Shown here one piece after another: positions 22,330 to 33,435 of a stretch of DNA of 42,827 bases; position 1 is the first letter of the stretch; every line of letters begins with the position of its first letter. Under the pieces are notes generated by a model. It saw nothing but the letters and a program-made list of their open reading frames with translations. It searched no databases and was not told the origin of the DNA. This DNA comes from Octopus bimaculoides (lineage: Eukaryota): contig NC_068981.1 in assembly GCF_001194135.2 (NCBI RefSeq), positions 72,060,267 through 72,103,093 of the forward strand, read 5' to 3'. The position numbers and the translations under genes are program-made.

Positions 22330-22934
22330 AGATCTCCACAGGGAATTAGATTGCATGATAACCAGACTTCAGAGTATGGTATCTTATTGAAGGTCTTCAC
22401 CAGGTCATTGAATGTTGTTATAGTGGTTTGCTCTTAGTCAAAAGCTTTTGTTGTTGTCCCACCAAAAAGTGGGCATCAGAATTTCTCTGTCCTGACATAA
22501 ACCCAAATGATATCTCATCTAGGCCAAACCTCACCTTGAAAACTGCACTATAACTCTCTTAACACTTTTATAACTTAATTCATCAATCTGATGCCTCTGT
22601 AATTACTCCTTTCTAAAACATCTTATCTTAGAAGCAGTTAATGCTGCTGCTATATTAGCTATCGGGAATAACTTCTTTCTACTACCTGAATGATGTATGT
22701 CCTGCATCAACTGTTATTGTTAACATATTAGTAGCTATCTCTTGTTATCCAGCTGCTTTCTCAATTTGTACATCTTCAATCACTTTTTCAATAGCATAGT
22801 TGTCAATCTCCATAGCCGGTTCCTCTGAGCTAATTTCTACTTTACTCACTCTCTTCATTTATCAACCTCCCATAGTAGCATTTTCACGTACCTCTCTTCT
22901 TATGGTTGAGAAAGTGAATGCATCACTGCCATTA
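22330..22934 (-). mobile_element. Decayed RTE-clade LINE RT region (resumes at 23563-23600 beyond the mariner insert)
   Basis: Minus strand KCYYGRLINEESE, SNYRGIRLM, DEISFGFMSGQRNSDAHFLVGQQQKLLTKSKPL and FNDLVKTFNKIP (cf. QFGFMPGR.T.DAIF..RQL.EK...F.DLEKAFDRVP). Confidence 0.8.
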
Positions 22935-22936
22935 TA

Positions 22937-23560
22937 CAGGATGTTCAAAAAGTCTCTCCGCAGTAAGTATTCTAATGCAAAATAAATATTTATAAGATGG
23001 TATAAGTCTACAAAAGAATATATTAGACTTTATAAGACTTTAAAAAACTTTAAAAGAGGTGTTGAAAGTGTCATCCTTCATTTTCAATACATAAAATTTA
23101 ATTTCTTTTTTACTGCTGTTTGAGCACTTCTTAGGCTGATTTCCATTTCCTGTGACAATTTGCATAAGGACTTTGACAGGTTTGCCAACAGTTTATTAGA
23201 AATATTGGAGAGTGTTTCGTCTGAAAGAACAGTAGGCCTACCACTTCTTGCTGCATCTTCCACTGAGCCTGTTTCTAAATTTTCTTATCAAATCTCGCAC
23301 AGTGTTACGATGTGGAACAACAGTATTTAGAAAAGTTTCACTGAACTTCTGTTTCACAGTATCTGTGTATTTGTTTCTAGCCCGAAACACCCGTTCAACT
23401 AAAAACGTATGTTCTTCAATGGTTAGCATGTCGACACACTGAAGGGTACACAATGACTGAGAGACAATGTCTGACACCTGGCCGCCCATACAGTGATAGC
23501 CAAGTTGCGCATGTGCAGGATGAAAAAGATTCACTGCTGAGAGACTTTTTGAACATCCTG
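22937..23560 (-). mobile_element. Internally deleted Tc1/mariner element with both TIRs and TA TSD
   Basis: TA|caggatgttcaaaaagtctctc...gagagactttttgaacatcctg|TA; minus strand MLTIEEHTFLVERVF...PHRNTVRDLIRKF-(shift)-TGSVEDAARSGRP (HTH); DDE domain deleted. Confidence 0.92.
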
Positions 23561-23589
23561 TATATGCACTTTTCCCTGGCTGTATCCTG

Positions 23590-23810
23590 ATTCACACTGA
23601 CATCATCATCGTCTAATGTCCATTTTCCATGCTGGCATGGGTTGGATGACTTGACAAGAGCTGGTAAGGCCAGAGGCCACATTAAGTACCATATCAGTTT
23701 TGGCTTGGTTTCTACAGCTGGGTGCTGTTGCCAATGCCAACCACTTTATAGAGTGGTTTTTTATGTAGCACCATTACCAGTGCTTTTTACATGGCATCAA
23801 CACCAGTGAC
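23590..23810 (-). mobile_element. Family D repeat
   Basis: catcatcatcgtctaatgtccattttccatgctggcatgggttggatg...tttctacagctgg. Confidence 0.75.
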
Positions 23811-24214
23811 AGATTTTTGCAATTTAGAACACTTCAATGTTCTATACTGTGAAGATAAAATCCTCACAGATAAAACATTGACAGATCTCTTACTTGCAGT
23901 TTCTCTCTTTGCTATACATACATGACATATAGCTTCTCTCTTTCAGCTACCTAATATTATTTGTTGGTCATACATTTCTTGCATTCTTTTTACTTCTGTC
24001 TTTCATGGTTCAATCTATTTTATCATCACACAACCATGTCATTTTCTGCCTGGTTGGAATTTCACTGTATAAATCTGTTTTGTAGTTTGTTGCAAGTTGT
24101 CCTGTAGAAACTTACAATTGCTCTCTGTTTGATTGTTTTCACATCGCTTCTTCCTTCTCTCTATTGCTGTTGCCCAGTACATCTAGAATTTACATATGGT
24201 AGTTGGACCTTTCA

Positions 24215-24630
24215 ACTTCCTTTTAGTCATCAGTCTGTGTGTTCTAAGTTCAAATTCTGCCAAGGTCAACTTGGCTCTTCATTCTTTCAGGGTCAATGAA
24301 ATAAGTAACAGACAAGTACTGGGGTCAATGTATTCGACTAGTCTGTTCCCCCAAATTTCAGACCTTGTGCCTACAGTAGAAAAGATTATTATTATTATTA
24401 TTATTATTATTAAGGCAATGAACTGTCATAGTTGTTAGCACACTGGCCAAAATGCTTCGTGGCATTTCATCCATCTTTACATTCTGAGCTCAAATTTCAC
24501 TGAGGTTGACTTTGTCTTTCATTGTTTTGAGGTCAATAAAATAAACACCAGTTGAGCACTTGGGTTGATGTAGTTGGCTAGCCACACCCCGACAGAATTT
24601 CGGGTCTTATGCTTACAGTAGAAACAATTA
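24215..24630 (+). mobile_element. Two tandem SINE family B copies separated by (ATT)n
   Basis: Both carry gagttcaaat/ttcattc/gggtcaat/ctggggtc motifs; CpG-decayed. Confidence 0.75.
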
Positions 24631-24689
24631 AAATTATCATTAAGGTGGTAAGCCAAAGACTCAATTGCTACTTTGTTGCCACATTGCAT

Positions 24690-24789
24690 CTCATGCCCAT
24701 TGAATGGCTTTCAATCCTTCAGGCCTTTGTTCTGGCTTTGATAATGCAACCATCATACTTCATGTTGAAAAACTGATCAAGGGCTAATC
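24690..24789 (-). mobile_element. Possible short Tx1/L1 ORF2 fragment
   Basis: Minus strand LALDQFFNMKYDGCIIKARTKA resembles the post-endonuclease ..G..IRSR.. region; short. Confidence 0.3.
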
Positions 24790-25183
24790 TTGCCACTACC
24801 GCCTGACTGGCCTTCGTGCCGGTAGCACATAAAAGCACCCACTACACTCTCGGAGTGGTTGGCGTTAGGAAGGGCATCCAGCTGTAGAAACTCAGCCAGA
24901 TCAGATTGGAGCCTGGTGCAGCTATCTGGCTTACTAGTCCTCAGTCAAACCATCCAACCCATATATATCATCATCATCATCGTTTAATGTCCGCTTTCCA
25001 TACTGGCATGGGTCGGATGGGTTGACTGAGGACTAGTAAGCCAGATAGCTGCACCAGGCTCCAATCTGATCTGGCAGAGTTTCTACAGCTGGATGCTCTT
25101 CCTAACGCCAACCACTCAGAGAGTGTAGTAGTGGGTGCTTTTAAGTGCCACCGGCACGAAGGCCATTCAGGCGGTAGTGGCAA
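24790..25183. repeat. Tail-to-tail inverted pair of family D (arms 24790-24962 and 25008-25183)
   Basis: Manual alignment: 8 substitutions and one 3-bp indel over ~173 bp; 45-nt spacer holds the (CAT)n tail. Confidence 0.93.
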
Positions 25184-25490
25184 TGGCCACGCTTAACATG
25201 GTATTTTCCATGTACCACTGGCACAAGTGCCAGTAAGGCGACGCTGGTAATGATCATGCTCGAACGGTACTTTTTACATACCACAAGCACGAGGGCCACA
25301 ATCACACTCGGATGGTGCTCTTAGCGCTCCACTAGCACAGATGCCAGTGGTGCTGTCATCGAATTCAATTCCGATTTCACTTGCCTCAACAGGCCTCCAC
25401 AAGCATAGTTTAGTGTTCCATGAAAGAAAGGTACCCCTAAATGGGCTGGTTACACCACCGGCATAGGCCACAGGTTATGGTCTCGCTCTC
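25184..25490 (-). mobile_element. Continuation of the right family D copy (short internal gcac/tgcc subrepeats)
   Basis: Contiguous with the arm; recurring ccactggcac/ccaccggcac units also seen at 12880-12980 and 23760-23810. Confidence 0.55.
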
Positions 25491-26011
25491 AGAGGCACCC
25501 ACGTATAGCTGTAAAAATCGATTTTCAACCATAACTTTTACCAATTTTAAGTTTGCTAACATGGCAAAGTGAAAGTGTGCGTAAGCGCGTGAAGGAGAGA
25601 GAGAAATTGTGTGTTGATGTATGTGTGTGTGTATGAGAGGGGAGTGAGGGAGAGATGGAGATTGTTTGCCAGCGTCTAACAAAAAAATAGTAAAGAAAAA
25701 GTGGGAGAGGGAGACAGAAAGCGTCTAACAAAAGAAAAAGTAGGTAAGGGAGACAGAGTAAGTATAAAATGTAAAATGCTTTTTTTTTCTTAAACATGAG
25801 ATATAGTTTCAAATATAAGATGTTTGAAAGACGAGATTATATATACTTTCTCACACAACAATTGACATATATTTTAAATCGTTCATCTTTCTCCCCCCCT
25901 CTCACTCTCTCTCTCACACACACTACTTTGGGAGCGAAAGAATTTTGTTTATATAAAAGTGCTAGCTAGTCACTTTTGCTCAGACCATGTAATATCTACA
26001 TGTCTGACAAA

Positions 26012-26386
26012 GCTTATCCTTTGAGTCCCTGTACACCATTACAACATTACATTTCGTTACTTTAAATTCCTTCACTATGGATGACAGGGTGAGCTGTAGC
26101 TGTCCAGAACTTATGTATAGACCTATTGAAGTGAAGCCTGGGGGAACACCTAGCCATCTTCGGTGGTATTTACCTTCCTTTCTACCCTTTCCACGCTTGT
26201 CATTGGAATCTCATATACTGTCAATAACCATATGAATCTAAGAAGCAATCCGTATTGGTAGAGCTATGCCCTGTATTTTTCTGGATGCCTTGATCTTTCA
26301 ATCCTCCTTAGCCACTCCTCTGTTTGCTTCACAGTATTGGTGACGTTGCTTCTGTCTGAGAGCAACTTGTCAAAGATCTTTCCAAG
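26012..26386 (-). mobile_element. Hero/NeSL-type (RLE) LINE fragment, RT thumb region
   Basis: LGKIFDKLLSDRSNV...LYQYGLLLRFIWLLTVYEIPMTSVERVERKVN-(shift)-YHRRWLGVPPGFTSIGLY..SGQLQLTLSSIVKEFKV...MVYRDSKD; resembles recalled Hero-clade CLGK.FD...YQHG.LPR..WPL.VYE...RRWLG.P. Confidence 0.7.
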
Positions 26387-26399
26387 GCATTTAATTGGA

Positions 26400-26560
26400 T
26401 ATGCTTAGCGGCATTTCGTCCGTCTGTCTGAGTTCAAATTCTTCCGAGGTCGTCTTTGCCTTTCGTCCTATTGGGATCGATAAAATAAGTATCAGTTGAG
26501 TACTGGGGTCGACTTACCCCTTCTCCCGAAATTGCAGGCCAATTCGAAATCAATATTTTG
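26400..26560 (+). mobile_element. SINE family B (5'-truncated)
   Basis: atgcttagcggcatttcgtc...gaggtcgtctttgcctttcgtcc...ctggggtcgact. Confidence 0.8.
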
Positions 26561-27024
26561 ATTTATTTAAACTGTTTTTTTTTCTCTTTTTAACGAAACT
26601 ATAGAATTTAAGAAACTCAGTAACAAAGGATTCAGTTACATTATGGGATCTACAAATAAAAATAATAAACTTATCAATGGTAGATTCTTCATCGGTCTTG
26701 ACGGTGAGCATTCAGTTAGTTGGTCAACCAACCGAAATCCTTTTTCGTGAATTTTAAGTGTAGGTGGTAAAATATTCCATGGACACGTGTATCCTTAACG
26801 CAATTCTCAGGCCGAATCAACGCCACAAAAGCTGAACATTTTGAATTACAGGAACAATCTAGAGAGAAAGAGAGGGAGGCGAATTAACCCAAGATGCTGG
26901 ACTGAGAAAAGCAATATTGATGTGTAGGATTTGATACCAGAGCGCAGGAGGGTATACTTCGAGGCCTTCTATCAATGCTCTAATGATTCTGCTTAAACGC
27001 ATGTCTATTTTTATTATGAACTTA

Positions 27025-27245
27025 AGGCGGAGAGCTGGCAGAATCCATACTACGCCGGACAAAATGCTTAGCAGTATTTCTTCCGACTTTACGTTCTGAG
27101 TTCAAATGCTGCCAGGTTCGACTTTGCCTTTCATCCTTTCGGGGTCAGTAAAATAAAGTACCAGTTGAATACTGAAGTCGATGTAATCGACTTATCCCTT
27201 TCCCCGAAATTGCTGGCCTTGTGCCAGAACTTGAAATCAATATTT
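27025..27245 (+). mobile_element. SINE family B, full length
   Basis: taaggcggagagctggcagaa...ttgcctttcatcctttcggggtc...gaaatcaata. Confidence 0.88.
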
Positions 27246-27649
27246 TTATTATGAACTTCAAGCATAAGATATTTCCATCGCATTCTTAGTACTTTATATT
27301 TTTATCAATTCCGTGATGTACAGCAAATTGTTTCTCCACACTCGCTATCCCTGGTTTCTTTGAACGGTTTTAGTAGCAGGTTAAATGACAAGTGGTTGCC
27401 AGTACCTCGCTCAACCTTTCCCTACCGTGGGGGCTCCTTACACAGTGCAATATAATTGACTGAGTGTGTGTGAAAGAGAGTGATTGAGAGAGAGAGAGAG
27501 AACCCATTCTACTAAATGTTTTTTTTTTCGATCGAAGAAGGGTAAAAGGTAAAGTTGTGAAGAACCCGAACATTTTGCTCTAACCATTTTTTCAATCGGC
27601 TATTAACACTCTCGTTTGGTACTGAGTGTAGGAATGAAACTGTTCCTGC

Positions 27650-27940
27650 TAACAGAGGCAGCATGACCGAATTGCAAAGTGGAGTTTTGATCTTTTAGCA
27701 CAGCCGCGGGTGAATCGAAGCTTTGTGAATAAATTTTGGAAGACGAAAACTGTGTGGAAGGCCGTTGGACGGATGGCATGTACATGTAATTTAGAAGTTC
27801 AGCTTTGTTACACTGATTCCGCCTGAGAATTACATTAAGGGTACACGTATCTGTGGAATACTCAGCCACTTGCATGCTAATTCAATAAGCAGGAAGTGCA
27901 GTTAACCAGACAACTGAAATCTCATGGTCGTCGGTGGAGA
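27650..27940 (+). mobile_element. Adjacent diverged SINE fragments (A-like, then C-like 3' part)
   Basis: ggaagacgaaaactgtgtggaaggccgt (A-like); gagaattacattaagggtacacgtatctgtggaatactcagccacttgc (matches 9293-9340). Confidence 0.6.
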
Positions 27941-28883
27941 TCCATTTATCTCTGCTAATGGCACAAGACCGCTTTCATAGTTTTGGTGAGTTTTTGTATC
28001 AACAATAGTTGAATGATCAAGAAAATTAGTGAAAATTGATAAAATCTTCGCCTTAAACTTAAAGAATGTTGACGTGAGAATTTATGTAACAAAGTTAATT
28101 TTCTCTTAATCTCTAATGCAAAGCAACCGATTTGTGTAGCATTGAAAGAAGCATGTTAAACAAATCGTTAACAATTATCTTTTTATTGCCACTATCCTTA
28201 GCTGCTATGAAACTATTGAATCGAATGAAGTAATCTGCATTTAATTACTCTGTTAAAAAAGCAACAAAAAAACAAACGAAAAACACATACATACCCGCAA
28301 TATTTTAGAAATAACTTTTTAACTTTACTCTCATATATCATAGAAAATATTTCTATCTTTAGCTGAAGCCAGTATTACTTGTATAACATATGTCAATATA
28401 TTTACTAAAAATGCTTAATAAATTGGCATATAAGTTCGGTTCATGTTTTCGGTTTTTGATATTATTTAGCTAATAGTAGATGACTATTTTTTTTTACAAA
28501 TATTCCTGCAAATTCTCCTTCTCATTGGGTTTGAAAACATACGCAATTTATTTTCTGAAAACATACGCAATTTATTGGCCAACAATGGCTGCATATAAAT
28601 TTTCCCAACATTTCTCTTTCACTATCTGCAAGCATTTATTTTCCATTATCACAAAATCGATTTCACAGAGACGATATTTTTATGAACGTTTATTTGCTTG
28701 TTACATGTGTTACACATCAAAAATAATTCGTAGGCGAAGGTTTTTGTATAAGTATCTACATAAAAATGCATATCGAATATTATTCAGAAAACTGAACCTT
28801 AGCTTTGAGCTAAATTGAAATCCAAATGGTATATTCTTCAGATCTTAAGTGAATGTTTAGTCAAGAATTAAAGTAAGCATATA

Positions 28884-29045
28884 GGCGCAGGCGTGGCTGT
28901 ATGGTAAGACGTTTGCTTTCTAACCACATGGTCCCGGGTTCAGTCCCACTGCGTGAAACCTTGGGCAAGTGTCTTCTACTATAGCCTGAGACCGACTAAT
29001 GCCTTGTGAGTGGATTTGATAGACAGAAACCGAAAGAAGCCCGTC

Positions 29046-29113
<68 letters not shown>

Positions 29114-29315
29114 GTGTGTCTGTGTTGTCCTCCCGCCATCGCTTGACAACCGATGCTGGTGTCTTTATGTCTCCGTAACCTAGCGGTTTGTCAAAACACG
29201 ACCGATAGAATAAGTACGAGGCTTACAAAGAATAAGTCCTGGGGGTCGTTATGCTCGACTAAAGGCGGTGCTCCAGCATGGTCACAGTCAATTGACTGAA
29301 AAAAGTAAAAAAGAA
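28884..29315 (+). mobile_element. SINE family A, full length, with long internal (TA)n
   Basis: Matches the 2679 copy; (TA)n at ~29049-29109. Confidence 0.9.
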
Positions 29316-29955
29316 TGGGTTTTTATAAATGTTTTTAAAAAAATGAATTTTACAGCCAGGAGAGTAAAGTAACACCAGAAAATCTCACTTATTTGAACAC
29401 TCATCGCATTTACTTATTTGTATAAAGATAATTAATAAACGATATCGCTTAGTAATCATTTAGGCTGGTGCTATTTTGTGTTTCCGTAGAATTTAGGAAA
29501 CGAGAATCGTCTTCATTGAAAAGGGATGTGCAACTCCCTGATGTCTCGTTGGTGAACTTTCTCGAATGCATTTTTGGCATTTTCCAATTATGTAGAGTAA
29601 AACAAGCAATGCATCCCGAAGAGACACAAAATAATGCATATATTTTCAATACATCTCCCACCCCTCTTTTTGCCACACACAGAAGCACAAACACACATTT
29701 ATGTATATGTGTGTGAGAACCTATCTATGTCTGATGTAAAAGCAAGTGGATTAGATTACAGAAATGTCCATTATATTATTTCGTAAGTGACTTCTTTTGT
29801 TTCTTGCTTTTCTTCTTCTTCACTCTTTTCCACTATGCAAACGTGTAGGTTGTATGTATGTCTCTTTGTCTGTGACAACCTCAGAATTAATTTACTATTT
29901 TTGAAAGAGTAGTTTGTACACTGATATGAGAAAGCGAGATAGAGAGAGAGAGAGA

Positions 29956-30465
29956 NNNNNNNNNNNNNNNNNNNNNNNNNNNNNNNNNNNNNNNNNNNNN
30001 NNNNNNNNNNNNNNNNNNNNNNNNNNNNNNNNNNNNNNNNNNNNNNNNNNNNNNNNNNNNNNNNNNNNNNNNNNNNNNNNNNNNNNNNNNNNNNNNNNNN
30101 NNNNNNNNNNNNNNNNNNNNNNNNNNNNNNNNNNNNNNNNNNNNNNNNNNNNNNNNNNNNNNNNNNNNNNNNNNNNNNNNNNNNNNNNNNNNNNNNNNNN
30201 NNNNNNNNNNNNNNNNNNNNNNNNNNNNNNNNNNNNNNNNNNNNNNNNNNNNNNNNNNNNNNNNNNNNNNNNNNNNNNNNNNNNNNNNNNNNNNNNNNNN
30301 NNNNNNNNNNNNNNNNNNNNNNNNNNNNNNNNNNNNNNNNNNNNNNNNNNNNNNNNNNNNNNNNNNNNNNNNNNNNNNNNNNNNNNNNNNNNNNNNNNNN
30401 NNNNNNNNNNNNNNNNNNNNNNNNNNNNNNNNNNNNNNNNNNNNNNNNNNNNNNNNNNNNNNNNN
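29956..30465. other. Assembly gap (N run) after (GA)n
   Basis: 510 N. Confidence 1.
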
Positions 30466-30587
30466 TTGATGATATCGACTAATCCCTTCCCCCAAATTGC
30501 AGGCCTTGTGCCAAAATTTGAAACAATAACTAACCAAACTTGATATCAAAGTGCACTTTTGAACAATCAATATTCACTGCTGTTTTA

Positions 30588-30775
30588 AGGCGGTGAGCTG
30601 GCAGAAACGTTAGAACGCCGGGCGAAATGCTTAGCGGTATTTCGTCTGTCTTTACGTTCTGAGTTTAAATTCCACTGAGGTCGACTTTGCCTTTCGTCCT
30701 TTCGGGGTCAATAAATTAAATACCAGTTGCGTACTGCGTCGATCTAATCAACTCCCCCCCGCAAAATTTCGAGGC
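30588..30775 (+). mobile_element. SINE family B (an additional 3' end lies at 30466-30535)
   Basis: aaggcggtgagctggcagaaacgttag...gaggtcgactttgcctttcgtcctttcggggtc. Confidence 0.88.
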
Positions 30776-30965
30776 CTTCTCTGATCGAGTAGACCCATGA
30801 TCAAACGCATCGCAGCCGTGGTCATCTCATTTTTTTTCCAAACTTGCTATATCGAAAAGTATTTTCATCGTTTTCTGTTTTTTTTTAGACGGTAGAATGT
30901 AGTTTGAGAGAAATTTGACAACTATTTCTTGCAGGTAGAGCAACCAGGTGGCTTCTTTGTTGGGT
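30776..30965 (+). repeat. Dispersed repeat, with related decayed pieces near 10200-10270, 12120-12200 and 21480-21600
   Basis: ctgatcgagtagacccatgatcaaa..cagccgtggtcatc...ctatttcttgcagg; similarity judged by eye. Confidence 0.45.
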
Positions 30966-32877
30966 TTTCGAGAGGTGATTAATTCAACAGTGGCTTTCAT
31001 AAAAATAATAACAGTAATTGAAGAAAATTTATTTCCACCAGACTTAGAAGTTGAGTTGATGTCTGAGTAAAAACACGAATCCAGATAATCAGAATCATTG
31101 ATTTGTGCAAGAATAAATATTTCCGTACTAAAAAGAAAGCTGGTGGGAAGGGGATAATATTTCTACTGATAAACAATCTCATATACTGAAAAAATTTTCA
31201 CTCATTCATCACTTAAATCTAAAACTCTATTGTTCATATAAGACACGTAATAAACACTTCTCATCGAGATCAGTTTCAGGACGTGAAAGCTGCTCGGCAG
31301 ATTTTGTGGAAGACAAACAATCTAAATACATTGAACTAACAGAAATATTTATATCTTTATTTAGCAGTACTTGAATTAAATGTATCATGCCAAAAGATGC
31401 AGGAGACTGACATACCAATACGATTGGCAAGGGCAGGTATAGATTTATCTGGTTCTTATCTTAAGACATTGCCCAGGAAGAAATATATAGCTTGATTATA
31501 GATTTATGCAGAACTTTGCCGGAAACATTTGACGTTCCTATTAAAGCAGCTGATATCTCAAACCATTTATTGACAGATAAAATATTTTCTCTATTTTGCG
31601 TATCACTTCAGAATGTTAGTGATAAGAAAGAAACTGTAAATGAAATTCAAGATATAACTCTCATTTAGTCACAACCTATCAAAGAGTAATAAATAAAATT
31701 ATGGAACCCAAAGTTAATCAAGTCGTAAGATTTTGAATATTATTTTGATCGGCTGAAGTTACAAATTGACTCAAGGGACGAGAGTTTCGTACATGAAATT
31801 TGGCTTTTGAGCCACTTTTTAACTTCTGCCGATTAAAATAAAATATATATGTATTCATGTTTTGAGTTCTATTTATCTTGATTTTTGCCCCTATCAAACC
31901 TGAATGGCGTATATTGTAAATATCATTGCAAACAATAAAATAGAAAACTGTATTCAGAGAATTGTTGGAAATAAAAGGTTGAATGACTTGCAAGATTAAA
32001 ATTCAATTTAATTGGATCGAATAAGACATTTGCAGGGATTGATAAGCGAGAATATTCTACTCTAAAGAAGATATAAAGAAGTGTATTACGCGCTGTGGGC
32101 TTTTGTTCTAATATGATGGATGGATGGTCTAGCGGTGTAAATTCTTGCGGCTGAATCGTGACGATAAGCAGAAAAAAACCCCTTACAAATGTTTGATAAG
32201 GAGGGGACATAATCGTCACGAGAGATAAACTTTGATATATAGGTGGTAATTTGGTCAGAGCAATGACAGTGAAAATCAGATTTAAGAGTTCAGAATATCG
32301 ATCTATGCATAGAAATCATGTAATTATTCAGATCCAAGTGAAGGAAACATGCCTAATGAGCTGCTAGCATCAAGTAGTACTGAATGTATAAATAGTGGGA
32401 TAATAATTTATCGACAGAGATAGAGGTAAATAAACCAGTAAGACAAAATAGAAATAAATTACTGAAAAATCTCATGGGTGCAAACAGAATTGCGTTTAAG
32501 TGATTTCATATATATTTTCATTAGTAAGAAAGAAAACAAGAAGCAAAATTAAACCACATATGAATAGAGTTACCATTTACAGTTTATGTCTTCATAAACA
32601 GTTTATCTTTTATAAAACAATGCATATAACTTTTATAACATTCTTTTCTTTCCTAAATTTGTCAAAAATCATAATTGATAAAGCCTATAAACACGCCCAC
32701 CGTTTGTTGCTGGTCTATATTTTCTTTTTCAAAACAAAAAGAAAGAGGGGTGAAATTTAGACAAGCAACAAATGGTGAGTGTGTTTATTGGCTTTATGAA
32801 CTACGACTCTTCACAAATATAACAATATTCTGTTCAACACGTTGTTTCAGGTCAAAATTCTTGCAAAACAAATTCAA

Positions 32878-33035
32878 AACCGACCTACCTACCTACCCAC
32901 CTATTTACCTACCTTCCTTCCTTCCCACCTATTTACCTTCCTTCCTATCTACCTACCTACTTACCTGCCCACCTATTTACCCACTCACCTATTTATCTTC
33001 CTTCCTTCCTACCTACCTACATACATACATACACC
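32878..33035. repeat. Compound (CCTA)/(CCTT) microsatellite
   Basis: Direct inspection; source of the P/T/Y/L-rich ORFs 32675-33187 and 32842-33057. Confidence 0.9.
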
Positions 33036-33380
33036 CACATCCACACGATGCTGGTAATGAAAATGACAAAAAAAAAATGAGCACAGAAAACAATATATGT
33101 TTCGATGTAACTACAATTCTTAACCTAGCCATTATTTTGTTTTGTGCGCTTGATTTATTTCCTCTCGTTTCCTTTGACATGACATAAGACTATTCGTATT
33201 CATTCCCGCCTAAGAATTCTGGCTGTAATATTAGCATTCCAAATATATCCCCACTAAGTACTAACTAACTTCCAGGAAGGAACCCAGTAAATGCATACAA
33301 ATAAAGTATTAACAACCAAAGAAGACACATTAAATGTGCGAGGGAAAAAGATAAGAGGATTAAATGTCTGTCTGTCTGTC

Positions 33381-33435
<55 letters not shown>

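Noticed and set aside
26850-26930. ttacAG...GTgtag candidate exon
   Set aside because: Weak donor and no recognisable peptide or partner exons
29449-29580. Minus ORF MPKMHSRKFTNETSG...NSTETQNSTSLNDY with three N-glycosylation sequons, like a GPCR N-terminus
   Set aside because: Ends in a stop with no splice donor and no transmembrane segment follows
32675-33187. 170-aa ORF
   Set aside because: Core is (CCTA/CCTT)n microsatellite translation with no domain
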